A DNA stretch of 64,000 bases from Candidatus Fervidifonticultor secundus (GTDB lineage Bacteria > Sysuimicrobiota > Sysuimicrobiia > Sysuimicrobiales > Humicultoraceae): NCBI GenBank assembly GCA_031459385.1, contig JAVKIP010000007.1, forward strand, positions 1 to 64,000, given 5' to 3'. Under the pieces are notes generated by a model, which made no database searches, was not told the DNA's origin, and saw only the letters and a list, made by a program, of their open reading frames with translations. Both the position numbers and the translations under genes were made by a program. The stretch's first letter is position 1, and the number at the start of each line of letters is the position of its first letter. Below, piece by piece: positions 40,652 to 50,532 of the stretch.

Positions 40652-41635
40652 GTGCCCGAGGGCAGCACCGACGAGACGCACACGTTCGTGGTCGATGCGG
40701 CCGCTGCGGGGCGGCGCCTCGACGCCTACCTGGCGGCGCAGGCGCCCGGGCTCTCCCGCGCCAGGATCCAGGCGCTCATCGAGGCCGGCTGTGTCAGCCT
40801 CCCGCGGCTCGCCGGCCAGCGCGTGCGGCCGGCGGTGCGCTTGCGGGCCGGGGACGTCGTCGTCTTGGCCGTTCCGCCGCCCGCGCCCACTGCCCTGCAG
40901 CCCGAACCCCTTCCCCTCGACATCGTGTACGAAGACACCGACCTGCTGGTGATCAACAAGCCCCCGGGGCTCGCAGTGCACCCCGGGGCAGGCAGGGCCG
41001 CGGGCACGCTGGTGCACGCCGTGCTCGCGCACTGCCCGGACCTGCCCGGCGTCGGCGGCACGCACCGGCCCGGGATCGTGCACCGCCTGGACAAAGACAC
41101 CTCAGGCGTGCTGGTCGTGGCCAAAACCGAGACGGCGCTGCGCCACCTCCACGCGGAGATCGCGGCCCGACGGGCCAGCCGCGACTACCTCGCGCTGGTC
41201 TGGGGCGTGCCCGACCGCGCGGCGGGGACGATCGCGGCACCCATCGGGCGCGACCCGCGCCAGCGCACCCGCATGGCGGTGCGGCCCGACGGACGCCCCG
41301 CCGCGACGCAGTACCGTGTGATCGAAGCCTTTCCGGCGGTGGCGCTGCTGGAGGTCCGGCTGCTGACCGGGCGCACGCACCAGATCCGGGTGCACTGCGC
41401 GCACATCGGGCACCCCGTCGTCGGCGACCCGGTCTACGGTCGCCGCCGCAACCCGTGGGGCCTGACCCGCCAGGCGTTGCACGCATATCGGCTGGCGTTC
41501 ACGCATCCGCGGGACGGCCGGGCGATGCACTTCGAGGTGCCGCTGCCGGACGACCTGGCGGCAGTCCTGCGGGCGCTGCGTGCGGGCAGCGGACGGTCTC
41601 CGGAGGCGGCGCCCTCCGCGGGGCACACGCTATGA
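40652..41635 (+). CDS. rluD: RluA/RluD-family pseudouridine synthase
   Basis: S4 domain [38 protein letters not shown]. Confidence 0.94.
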   Translation: MPEGSTDETHTFVVDAAAAGRRLDAYLAAQAPGLSRARIQALIEAGCVSLPRLAGQRVRPAVRLRAGDVVVLAVPPPAPTALQPEPLPLDIVYEDTDLLVINKPPGLAVHPGAGRAAGTLVHAVLAHCPDLPGVGGTHRPGIVHRLDKDTSGVLVVAKTETALRHLHAEIAARRASRDYLALVWGVPDRAAGTIAAPIGRDPRQRTRMAVRPDGRPAATQYRVIEAFPAVALLEVRLLTGRTHQIRVHCAHIGHPVVGDPVYGRRRNPWGLTRQALHAYRLAFTHPRDGRAMHFEVPLPDDLAAVLRALRAGSGRSPEAAPSAGHTL

Positions 41636-42228
41636 CCGTCAGGCGGGAGAAGGCGCGGGTAATGGACGCGTCCGACATGCAGCGGGCGCTGGCGCGCATG
41701 GCCCACGAGATCCTGGAGCGGCACCGGACTGCCGAGCAGCTCGTGCTGGTGGGCATCCGTACGCGCGGCGTGCACCTCGCGGCGCGGCTGGCGGCCGCGA
41801 TCGAGCGCATCGAGCACGTGCAACCGCCCGTCGGCGTCCTGGACGTCACCCGCTATCGCGACGACCGTCCGCAGGGCGGACCGGCGGGCGGGACGCGGGC
41901 GGCGGAAGTGCCGCGGGCGTCCGCGAGCGGCCAGACCTCCGGTGCGCTCAAGCCGCCGGGGTTTCCGGTGGACGCCCGGCACGTGGTGCTGGTGGACGAC
42001 GTGCTCTACACCGGGCGCACCGCGCGCGCCGCGCTGGACGCGCTGGTGGATCGGGGCCGTCCGGCCACGGTTCAGCTGGCGGTCCTCATCGACCGTGGGC
42101 ACCGAGAGCTGCCTATCCGGGCCGACTACGTGGGCAAGAACGTACCTACCAGCCGCCGGGAGCACGTGGCGGTGCGGCTGGTGGAGGAGGACGGGCGCGA
42201 CGAGGTCGTGATCCAGGAGCTGGGGTAG
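41632..42228 (+). CDS. pyrR: Pyrimidine attenuation protein / UPRTase PyrR
   Basis: [46 protein letters not shown]. Confidence 0.96.
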   Translation: MTVRREKARVMDASDMQRALARMAHEILERHRTAEQLVLVGIRTRGVHLAARLAAAIERIEHVQPPVGVLDVTRYRDDRPQGGPAGGTRAAEVPRASASGQTSGALKPPGFPVDARHVVLVDDVLYTGRTARAALDALVDRGRPATVQLAVLIDRGHRELPIRADYVGKNVPTSRREHVAVRLVEEDGRDEVVIQELG

Positions 42229-42334
42229 ACCTCGCTCGCCCGGGCTTGCGCCTGAGCCACCCCGGGGTGCAACGCACGCCCGCGGCCCCATCACGGTGCG
42301 GGCGCGACCGCGGCCGGAGCAGCCACGAGCGCCC

Positions 42335-42362
42335 TTGACACCGGCCAGCCTGGCGCTATACT
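42335..42362 (+). promoter_or_regulatory. Near-consensus sigma-70 promoter with no annotated downstream gene
   Basis: TTGACA-N16-TATACT. Confidence 0.7.
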
Positions 42363-42367
42363 GCGGG

Positions 42368-42440
42368 TAAGTTCACATCTGGCGCGGGCCGCGACGCCCC
42401 ACCTCACATCGAGGTGCGGGCGTCGTTGTGCTTCGCGCCC
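42368..42440 (+). ncRNA. Candidate small RNA or 5' leader hairpin
   Basis: Long hairpin 42381-42439 with G-U pairs on the + strand, directly downstream of the promoter. Confidence 0.4.
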
Positions 42441-42555
42441 CGGGGGATGCGATGGCCGAGCAACGCGACGACCCGATGCGCCTGTGGGTGGGAACGTGGC
42501 AGCCCGAGCCGGTCGGTGGCCGGGGACAGGGCCAGCCCCGCGACCGCGCCGCGCC

Positions 42556-44277
42556 TCACGAACGCGGCGACGCCGACACCTCGCCGGCAAGCGTGGGGGA
42601 GACCAGCACCGTCCGTTCGCTGCTGTAGGTCACCTGCCCGGGATGCCCGCCACGCATCCGCCGCACGTGACGGCGGCGCGTTACGACCACCGGCACGCGG
42701 CTGGCGCCGCGGCCGCGGCTGTAATAGGCGGCTAGGCGTGCGGCGGCCTCCACGATGCCCTCGGGAGGGTCGGCCGGGCCCTGGACGATCACGTGCGCCC
42801 CGGGCAGGTCCCGGGCGTGCAGCCACAGGTCGTCAGGCCGGGCCACGCGGAACGTGATCCGATCGTTGTCGCGCGCGCTGCGGCCCACCAGCGCGCGAAA
42901 CCCGTCGCCGAGGGCGTAGACACGGTACGAGGGCGCGGCCTTCGGCACGGCCGCCCGACCCGGGCGGCGCAATCCCGCTTCCCGCAGGTCCTGGTCGAGT
43001 TCCCAGAGGTCGTCCTCGCCCTCCGCCTGCGCGATTGCCGTGGCCACGGCGTCGAGCCAGTTCCGCTCGGCCTCCAGCTGCGCGCGCCGCGCGGGCAGGC
43101 GGCGGAGCATCGCTTGCGCCTTCGCGTACCGCCGGAAGTACTGCTGCGCGTTCTCGACGGCCGAGCGCGCCGGGTCGAGCGGGATGACGGTGGGCGCGCC
43201 GTCGAAGTGCGGAACCTCGACCGATGCTGCACCGCGCGGCACACGGGCCTGATAGGCGAGGAGCAGCTCGCCCCACTGGCGCAGGCGCGCGCCCTCGGCC
43301 GCCGCGCGTGCCTCGCGGGCCACGGCGGCGAGCGCGCGATCCACCCGTGCCGTGGCCTGCGCGACCACGGTGGCCAGCGTCCGGCGCGCGGCCTCCAGGC
43401 GGTCGGCCGCCTCGGCGCGAGCGGTCACGGCCTCCACGGCCGCGCTCATGGTGGTGGGCTGCGCGACGAGCGCCTGGTAGATGCGGAAGGGGAAGGGCGC
43501 GTAGGCCACGGGCGCGGCTGCGTCGCGGTAGAGCACGGGGGCAAACCTCGCCGCCGCCACGTCCGCCGCCAGCGCCGAGAGCGCGTCGGTCACAGCGTGT
43601 GCCCGGGCAGGGTCGAGCGGGGCGTCGGGCTCCACTCCGGCCCGGGCGCAGAGTTCGTGCGCCAGCGCTGGCCCGATGCCCGCGGTGACGTCCAGCAGCG
43701 TGCGCCATGCCGGCGCGCCGGCGCGCTGTGCTGCCGCGGTCGCCAGCCCGGCCGCGGCCAGCGTTGCGGGCGTCGGCCGCGTCTGCACCGGTGGGGCATA
43801 GGGCCGGCGCGGCCGCACCTCGCGGCCCGGGCCGTCCACGGTACGCAGCGCCCCCACGATCAGCCCCTCCTGCACCAGCACGAGATTGGGGTGCCGCCCG
43901 GCGAGCTCGGCGTGGAGGGACGCCGGGCCTTCCAGCGTGTCCACGGCCACTGTGGCCAGACGCTCGAACGGCGCGGCGATCACGGCGCGGACGATTGCGC
44001 CGGTCAGGCGGCTGCGCACCAGGCCTGCGAACGCGTCCGCCCCGCCAGGCGGCGGCGCAGGGACCTCCACGAACCTGGCCCAGCCCGGCCGGGCGCACGC
44101 CAGCACCAGGCGGGTACGCCCGCCGCCGCGCAGGACCAGCACCACGGCAGCCGGGCCGGCGCCGAGCACGCGCATGATGCGCGCGCCGGCCAGGTCCTGC
44201 AGTTCGGCTACGACGGCGGCCAGCACGACGCTATCGAACGACGAGGGCCAAGAGGCGTTTCCGACCGGTGCCCGCAT
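42556..44277 (-). CDS. rqcH: Ribosome quality-control factor RqcH/Rqc2 (NFACT, FbpA family)
   Basis: FDSVVLAAVV.EL, ELAGRHPN, IPLDP..SAVENAQQYF.RYAK, VGRSARDND, DDLWLHARDLPGAHV, AAYYS. Confidence 0.92.
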   Translation of the reverse strand: MRAPVGNASWPSSFDSVVLAAVVAELQDLAGARIMRVLGAGPAAVVLVLRGGGRTRLVLACARPGWARFVEVPAPPPGGADAFAGLVRSRLTGAIVRAVIAAPFERLATVAVDTLEGPASLHAELAGRHPNLVLVQEGLIVGALRTVDGPGREVRPRRPYAPPVQTRPTPATLAAAGLATAAAQRAGAPAWRTLLDVTAGIGPALAHELCARAGVEPDAPLDPARAHAVTDALSALAADVAAARFAPVLYRDAAAPVAYAPFPFRIYQALVAQPTTMSAAVEAVTARAEAADRLEAARRTLATVVAQATARVDRALAAVAREARAAAEGARLRQWGELLLAYQARVPRGAASVEVPHFDGAPTVIPLDPARSAVENAQQYFRRYAKAQAMLRRLPARRAQLEAERNWLDAVATAIAQAEGEDDLWELDQDLREAGLRRPGRAAVPKAAPSYRVYALGDGFRALVGRSARDNDRITFRVARPDDLWLHARDLPGAHVIVQGPADPPEGIVEAAARLAAYYSRGRGASRVPVVVTRRRHVRRMRGGHPGQVTYSSERTVLVSPTLAGEVSASPRS

Positions 44278-44401
44278 GCCGTCTTGCACGATACGGCTTC
44301 CGGCCCCGCAGCGCAACCGCCGGCACGGCGCACCGTGAGCGCAGCGCCCTGTTGCGGTGCCCGGGCAGGAGGCGTCTTCCGGTGGGCCGAAGTGTGACCG
44401 C

Positions 44402-45283
44402 GTGATCCGCAGCATGACCGGTTTTGGCGCCGCCGCCGTGTCCCTGCCTGGAGGGCGGCTGGCGGTGGAGATGCGCTCGGTCAACCACCGGTTCAGCGAG
44501 ATCCAGATCCGGCTGCCGCGGGATCTGGCCGGGCTGGAAGATCGGGTCCGCGCGGTGGTGCAGGGGCGGGTCCTGCGCGGCCGAGTGGAAGTCAGCGTGA
44601 CCCGCGAGGACAGCGGCCGGCGGGCAAGGGTCGTGCGGGCCGACACCGATCTCGCCGCGGCGTATGCGCAGGCGCTCCGGACCCTCGCCCGCGCGGTCGG
44701 CGCCGCCGGCGACGTGACGATCGACCACCTGGCGGCGTTGCCCGACGTGGTCGGGGTCGAGGAGGATCGCCCTGAGCTCGACGCCGTCTGGCCCCCGCTG
44801 GAAGAGGCGGTGCGGTCCGCCGCCGACGCCCTGGTGGCGATGCGGGCGGCGGAGGGGCGACGGCTCGCCCAGGACGTCCTGGCGCGGCTGGACGCACTCG
44901 GGCAGGCCGCAGAGGTCATCGCCGCGCGCAGCCGGCTGGTGGTGCAGGCCTACCGCGACCGCCTCCGGGCGCGCCTGGCCGAACTGTTGGGCGACGTGCC
45001 GGTGGACGAGGCGCGCATCGCCACGGAGCTGGCCGTCGTCGCCGAGCGCAGCGACATCACCGAAGAGCTGGTGCGGTTTCGCAGCCACCTCGCACAGTTC
45101 CGCGACACGGTGCTGGGCGAGGACGGCGCGGTGGGGCGCAAGCTGGAGTTCATCCTCCAGGAGATGGGGCGCGAGGTCAACACCGTCGGCGCCAAGGCCA
45201 ACGACCTGGAGATCACCCGGCAGGTCATCGCCATGAAGGCCGAACTGGAGAGCCTGCGGGAACAGGTGCAGAACGTCGAGTGA
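44402..45283 (+). CDS. yicC: YicC/YloC endoribonuclease
   Basis: [53 protein letters not shown]. Confidence 0.96.
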   Translation: MIRSMTGFGAAAVSLPGGRLAVEMRSVNHRFSEIQIRLPRDLAGLEDRVRAVVQGRVLRGRVEVSVTREDSGRRARVVRADTDLAAAYAQALRTLARAVGAAGDVTIDHLAALPDVVGVEEDRPELDAVWPPLEEAVRSAADALVAMRAAEGRRLAQDVLARLDALGQAAEVIAARSRLVVQAYRDRLRARLAELLGDVPVDEARIATELAVVAERSDITEELVRFRSHLAQFRDTVLGEDGAVGRKLEFILQEMGREVNTVGAKANDLEITRQVIAMKAELESLREQVQNVE

Positions 45284-45299
45284 GGAGCAGCCGGGACGC

Positions 45300-45566
45300 A
45301 TGGAGCCGCGCCTCATCAACATCGGATTCGGCAATATCCTCGCGGCGAACCGCATCGTGGCCATCATCAGCCCCGACTCCGCGCCCGTCAAACGCATCAT
45401 TCAGGAGGCCCGCGAGCGCGGCACGCTGATCGATGCGACCTACGGCCGCCGGACCCGGGCGGTCGTCATCACCGACAGCGGGCACGTGGTGCTCGCCGCG
45501 GTCCAGCCCGAGACCGTTGCCCACCGCTACACCGCGCGCGACGACGGCGGGGACACGGCGGAGTGA
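45300..45566 (+). CDS. remA: DUF370 / extracellular matrix regulator RemA
   Basis: LINIGFGN...[15 protein letters not shown]...[13 protein letters not shown]. Confidence 0.95.
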   Translation: MEPRLINIGFGNILAANRIVAIISPDSAPVKRIIQEARERGTLIDATYGRRTRAVVITDSGHVVLAAVQPETVAHRYTARDDGGDTAE

Positions 45567-46114
45567 AGGTGCCGGCGGTCACCGTCGCCGTCGGTGGCCC
45601 CATCGGCGTCGGCAAGACGACCGTGGCGCGTCTGCTCGCCGATCGGCTCGGCGTGCCCCTGATCTCGGCCGGGAGCGTCTTCCGCGAAGTGGCGCGGCGG
45701 CGCGGCGTCTCGGTCGTCGACCTGAACCGGCTCGCCGAGACCGACACGTCCATCGACCGCGACCTGGATCGCCTGCAGGGCGAGCTGGCCCGCGCAGGTC
45801 CGTGCGTCGTCGAGTCGCGCCTGTCGGGCTGGATGGTGCAGGCAGACCTCAAGGTCTGGCTCGACGCGCCGCTGGCGGTGCGTGCGGCTCGCGTGGCGGC
45901 CCGCGAGGGCCAGCCCCCGGCGCACGCACGTCAGGCGCTGCTCGAGCGCGAGAGCAGCGAGTGGTCGCGCTACAAGACGTTGTACGGTATCGAGTTCAGC
46001 GATCGCACGCCCTACCACGTGGTCATCGACACGAGCCGGTGGGACCCTGAGGTGATCGTCGACGTGCTCGAGCGCCTGGCGCGCGCGCTACGCCCGGCGG
46101 CGCACGCGCGGTAG
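45563..46114 (+). CDS. cmk: Cytidylate kinase, archaeal type (COG1102-like)
   Basis: [55 protein letters not shown]. Confidence 0.82.
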   Translation: MKVPAVTVAVGGPIGVGKTTVARLLADRLGVPLISAGSVFREVARRRGVSVVDLNRLAETDTSIDRDLDRLQGELARAGPCVVESRLSGWMVQADLKVWLDAPLAVRAARVAAREGQPPAHARQALLERESSEWSRYKTLYGIEFSDRTPYHVVIDTSRWDPEVIVDVLERLARALRPAAHAR

Positions 46115-46130
46115 CCCCGGCCGCCGGGCG

Positions 46131-48248
46131 ATGTCCCCGTCCGCGCCCGCCGATTCCGCCGCGGACGCGCTCCTGGTGGCGCTCGACGTTCCGCTGCGCG
46201 CCGGCGACCTGGCGTTCACCTACAGCGCGGGGCCGGCCGCGGGCGCGCGCGCCGGCGACGGCGTGATCGTCCCGTTCGGCGCGCGCCTGCTCCCGGGCAT
46301 CGTGCTGGGCCCCGGCACCCCGCGGCCAGGCCTGCGCCCGGTCCTCGCGCGCGTGGAGGAAGGGCCGCTCGTCCCGCCCGCGGTGCTGGCGCTCGCCGCG
46401 TGGACGGCACACGAGTATCTCTCCACGGTGGGCGAGGCCCTGGCCGTGGCGACGCCGTGGGATGCGCTATGGCACACGGTGCGGCTGGAACTGCCGCCCG
46501 ACGCCCGGGGGCTGTCCCGCGCGCGGAGGGGCACGACCGGTCCTCGTCTCGTCTCGCTGGCGGGCGCGATGCAGGCCCTGCGGCGCACCCCGGAGCTGCT
46601 GGATCGCCTGGTGGAACGCGGAAGCGTTCGCGTGCACCTGCCGGCCGCGAGGGCATTGACCGGCGAGTATGACGCCCTCACGGTGCTGCCTGCCGCGGCC
46701 GCGGCGCTGGCCGGCGCCGATGCGGCCACCCCGCACGACCGGGCCGGCGCGCAGCGCTGGCCACCGCTGGAACGGCCGCTGCGCGAGGCGCTGGAGGCAA
46801 GGCTGCCAGGCGTCGTGCTGGCCGGATGGCGGCGTGCGCCCGCCTATCTAACCGCCATCGACGTCGCGCGCGCCGCGGGCCTGACGTGCATAGCGGCGTT
46901 CCCCTCGATCGAGGCCGCCGAGACGTTCGCGGGGCTCGCGGCGCGCGCGGGCCTGGCGCCCGTCCTGCTGCACGCGGGTCTGCCGCCGGCCCGGCGCCTG
47001 GCCGCCTGGCAGGCGGCGGCAGCCGCGCAGCTGGTGGTGGGCACGCGGGCGGCTGTGTTCGCGCCGGTGCGCGACCCCGCGCTGGTCATCGTCGATGAAG
47101 AGGACGCCGCCGGGCACAAGGAGGAACGGGCCCCGCGCTACGTGACCGCGGCCGTGGCACGCTGCAGGGCGGCCGCGGGCGGGCTCGTGTTGCTGGGCAG
47201 CACCACACCCACCGTGGCCACGTACGCCGCCGTGCGCGACGGGCGCTACCGTCTCGTGGCCTTGCCGGGCCGGCCGCGCTTGGGCGTGGTCGACCTGCGC
47301 CGGCGGCCGCCCGATGCCGCGCCGGTCAGCACGCCGGTGCTGACTGCGATCCGGCGGGCGGCGCGCACGCGCGGCCGGGCCGTGGTCATCGTCGACCGCA
47401 GGGGATTCGCCGGCGGCCTGCAGTGCGGCGAGTGCGGCACCGTGGCGCGTTGCGCCGCGTGCGGCGTGGCGCTGCGGTACGAGCGGGCGCGGCGGCGGCT
47501 GCGGTGCCAGCTGTGCGGCCGGGCGGCGGGGGTGCCCGCGACGTGCGGCCGGTGCGGCGGCACGCGGCTGCGGGCCGTGGGGGGCGGGACCGAGCGCGTG
47601 GCGGCGGCGTTGCGGCGGGAGGCGGTGCGGGTGTGGCGGCTCGATCGCGACGTGGCGCCGCGCGGCGTCGCAGCCGGCGCGGTCCTGGCACCGTTCGTCC
47701 GCGCAGGCGGGGTGCTGGTGGCCACCCCCCTGGTCCTGCCCTGGCTGGAGACGCTGCGGCCGCAGGTCGTCGCATTCGTGGACGCCGACCGGCTGCTGCA
47801 CCGGCCGGAGTACCGCGCGACGGAGCGCGCCCTGGCACTGATCCGCGCGGTGGGGCTCGCCTCGGGCACCCTGGTGCTCGTGGAGACGTCGGATCCCGAG
47901 CACCCTGCCCTGCGCGCCGCCGTCGCGCCCACGCTGCGCGGCTTCTACGCCGAGGAGCTCGCGCAGCGTGCGGCGCTGGGCTATCCGCCGGCACGCTCCC
48001 TCATCCTGTTGACGATCACTGGCACCGCCGCTGCGGTGGAGGCGGTGATGGCGCGCCTGCAGGCCGGGGCGCCGCCCGGTGTCGAGGTCCTGGGCCCGAC
48101 GCCGGCGCCAGGGCCGCGGCCCCGGCACCAGGTGGTGCTCAAGGCCGCAGATCGCGACGCGGCGCGGGCGCTGGTGCTGCCGCTGCTGGCAGGTGGCGCG
48201 CCACGCACCGCGCAGATCGCGGCCGACGTGGACCCCCACGAGCTGTAG
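46131..48248 (+). CDS. priA: Primosomal protein N' (PriA) with degenerate helicase motifs
   Basis: VPFG, VVGTRAAVFAP, DEED, PRY, CGEC..CAAC..CQLC..CGRC, GGGTERV, GYPP, DVDP; precedes def-fmt. Confidence 0.9.
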   Translation: MSPSAPADSAADALLVALDVPLRAGDLAFTYSAGPAAGARAGDGVIVPFGARLLPGIVLGPGTPRPGLRPVLARVEEGPLVPPAVLALAAWTAHEYLSTVGEALAVATPWDALWHTVRLELPPDARGLSRARRGTTGPRLVSLAGAMQALRRTPELLDRLVERGSVRVHLPAARALTGEYDALTVLPAAAAALAGADAATPHDRAGAQRWPPLERPLREALEARLPGVVLAGWRRAPAYLTAIDVARAAGLTCIAAFPSIEAAETFAGLAARAGLAPVLLHAGLPPARRLAAWQAAAAAQLVVGTRAAVFAPVRDPALVIVDEEDAAGHKEERAPRYVTAAVARCRAAAGGLVLLGSTTPTVATYAAVRDGRYRLVALPGRPRLGVVDLRRRPPDAAPVSTPVLTAIRRAARTRGRAVVIVDRRGFAGGLQCGECGTVARCAACGVALRYERARRRLRCQLCGRAAGVPATCGRCGGTRLRAVGGGTERVAAALRREAVRVWRLDRDVAPRGVAAGAVLAPFVRAGGVLVATPLVLPWLETLRPQVVAFVDADRLLHRPEYRATERALALIRAVGLASGTLVLVETSDPEHPALRAAVAPTLRGFYAEELAQRAALGYPPARSLILLTITGTAAAVEAVMARLQAGAPPGVEVLGPTPAPGPRPRHQVVLKAADRDAARALVLPLLAGGAPRTAQIAADVDPHEL

Positions 48249-48286
48249 ACAGTCTGCCCCCTGCGCGTGGTATGGTGGGGGACGAG

Positions 48287-48844
48287 ATGCCGACGGCAAC
48301 ACGTCTGGAGATCATCACCGTCGCCAGCCCCCGGGCCGCCGTGTTGCGCCGGAAGGCCCGGCCCGTGGGCCGGGTCACGCGCGAGGTGGCGCAGTTGATC
48401 GACGCGATGCTCGCCACCATGGAGGCGGCGGGCGGGCTCGGCCTGGCCGCACCGCAGGTCGGCGAGAGCGTGCGCGTCTTCGTCGCGAGGGTCGAGGACC
48501 GCACGCTCGCGCTGGTGGATCCCGAGATCGTGCGCGCCGAGGGAGAGATCACCGACACCGAGGGCTGCCTGTCCATTCCCGGGGTGATCGGCGAGGTCCC
48601 GCGCGCGGCGGCCGTCACGGTCCGCGGGAAGACCCGGCGTGGGCGGCGCGTGACGATCCCGGCCGAGGGGTTGCTGGCACGGGTGATCCAGCACGAGATC
48701 GACCACCTGGACGGCGTGCTCTTCCTCGATCGCGTGCGGGACCCGGCGACGATCCGTCAGCTGTCGGTCGCCGCGGGGACCGATGCCGCGGCGCCCCAGG
48801 CGGCCACGACCAGGGCCGGCGACGCGCACCCCGCCATCGGATGA
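48287..48844 (+). CDS. def: Peptide deformylase
   Basis: GLGLAAPQVG, EGCLSIP, QHEIDHLDG. Confidence 0.97.
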   Translation: MPTATRLEIITVASPRAAVLRRKARPVGRVTREVAQLIDAMLATMEAAGGLGLAAPQVGESVRVFVARVEDRTLALVDPEIVRAEGEITDTEGCLSIPGVIGEVPRAAAVTVRGKTRRGRRVTIPAEGLLARVIQHEIDHLDGVLFLDRVRDPATIRQLSVAAGTDAAAPQAATTRAGDAHPAIG

Positions 48845-49821
48845 CCGGGGCGGACCCCACGCCGCTCCGGGTGCTCTTCTTTGGCACTCCCGAGTTCGCC
48901 TTGCCATCGCTCGAGGCCCTGGTCCGGATCGCCACGGTGGTCGCCGTGGTGAGCCAGCCCGACCGGCCTGCGGGTCGGGGGCGCCGGCTCACGCCCCCGC
49001 CGGTGGCCGCGGCCGCTCGCCGCATGGGCCTGCCGTTGCTGCAGCCAGCGCGGCTGCGGGACCCGGTCGTCCTCGACGCCCTGCGGGCGCTTGCGCCGGA
49101 GCTCGGCGTCACGGTGGCCTACGGCCGCCTCCTCCCGCCAGCTGTGCTGGCCCTGCCGCCGCTGGGATGCATCAACCTGCACCCGTCGCTGTTGCCGCGC
49201 TATCGCGGTGCGTCGCCGATCCAGGCGGCGATTGCCGATGGCGCGGCCGTCACCGGGGTAACGGTGCTCTACATGACCGACGAGCTCGACGCCGGGGACA
49301 TCATCCTCCAGCAGGAGGTCCCGATTCATCCCGAGGAGACGGCCGGGGAACTGGAGGCGCGGCTCGCGCACGCGGGCGCTGCGCTGCTCGCCGAGGCGGT
49401 GCGCCTGCTGGCGGCGGGCGCGGCGCCCCGGCGCCCCCAGGACCACGCGCAGGCCACGTACACCGGCCGGCTGTCGAAGGCTGACGGGCTGCTCGACTGG
49501 ACCCGGCCCGCTGTGGCCATCGTCAATCAGATCCGCGCGCTGACGCCCTGGCCGTCGGCCTACACCTACTGGCGGGGGATGCCGCTCAAGATCTGGCGGG
49601 CGCGTGCGGTCGCGGCTGCAGCCGACGGCCAGCCCGGCGAGGTCGTCGCGGTGAGCGCGGACGGCATCACCGTGGCGGCCGGCGCCGGCACCGTGCTGCT
49701 GCTGGAGGTCCAGCCGCCCGGCGGGGTGCGCATGCCCGCCGGGGCGTTTGCCCGCGGCCACCCGATCCGGCCGGGCGACCTGCTGGGCGGTGCCCCCGTG
49801 CCGGGGAAGATGCTAGAATGA
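48841..49821 (+). CDS. fmt: Methionyl-tRNA formyltransferase
   Basis: FFGTPEFA, QPDRP.GRG, NLHPSLLPRYRGASPIQ, LDAGD. Confidence 0.97.
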   Translation: MTGADPTPLRVLFFGTPEFALPSLEALVRIATVVAVVSQPDRPAGRGRRLTPPPVAAAARRMGLPLLQPARLRDPVVLDALRALAPELGVTVAYGRLLPPAVLALPPLGCINLHPSLLPRYRGASPIQAAIADGAAVTGVTVLYMTDELDAGDIILQQEVPIHPEETAGELEARLAHAGAALLAEAVRLLAAGAAPRRPQDHAQATYTGRLSKADGLLDWTRPAVAIVNQIRALTPWPSAYTYWRGMPLKIWRARAVAAAADGQPGEVVAVSADGITVAAGAGTVLLLEVQPPGGVRMPAGAFARGHPIRPGDLLGGAPVPGKMLE

Positions 49822-49848
49822 GACAGTCACCACGGAGGAGGAGAGGCG

Positions 49849-50532
49849 ATGTTCTTCGACAGCTCGTACGTCATCGTGCTGCCGGGCATCCTCCTGGCGC
49901 TCTACGCGCAGTGGAAGGTCCACAGTACGTTCCAGCGGTTCAGCCAGGTTCCCACCATGGCCGGGCGGACCGGAGCGGAGATCGCCGCCGAGCTGCTGCG
50001 TCGGCGCGGCGTGCGCGGCGTGACGGTCGAGCCCGTCCAGGGCCTGCTCGCCGACCACTACGACCCGCGCACCAAGACGCTGCGGCTCTCGCCCGCCGTC
50101 TACGGCAGCGCCTCGGTGGCCGCCGTGGGCGTGGCTGCCCATGAGTGCGGGCATGCGCTGCAGCACCACGAGGGCTACGCGCCGCTGGCGCTGCGCAGTG
50201 CCATCGTGCCGGTCGCCACGCTGGGCACGAACGCCGCCATCATCCTGTTCATGATCGGGCTGTTCGCCAGCCTGCGGCCGCTCATGGACCTGGGCATCCT
50301 GCTCTTCCTGGGCTACATCGCGTTCTCGCTCATCACGCTGCCGGTGGAGTTCGACGCGAGCCGGCGGGCGGTGGCCGCCCTGCAGCGCGAAGGCCTAGTG
50401 ACCTCGGGCGAGGCCGACGGCACGCGGCAGGTCCTGAACGCCGCCGCGCTGACCTACGTGGCGGCTGCGGCCATGGCGGTGCTGCAGCTGGTGCGCCTGG
50501 TGGCCCTGCGCAATATGCGTGACAACGAGTAG
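49849..50532 (+). CDS. Putative neutral zinc metallopeptidase (YugP-like)
   Basis: DHYDPR, AAHECGHALQ, TLPVEFDASRRA, AAALTYVA; TGcTAGAAT upstream at 49811-49819. Confidence 0.92.
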   Translation: MFFDSSYVIVLPGILLALYAQWKVHSTFQRFSQVPTMAGRTGAEIAAELLRRRGVRGVTVEPVQGLLADHYDPRTKTLRLSPAVYGSASVAAVGVAAHECGHALQHHEGYAPLALRSAIVPVATLGTNAAIILFMIGLFASLRPLMDLGILLFLGYIAFSLITLPVEFDASRRAVAALQREGLVTSGEADGTRQVLNAAALTYVAAAAMAVLQLVRLVALRNMRDNE

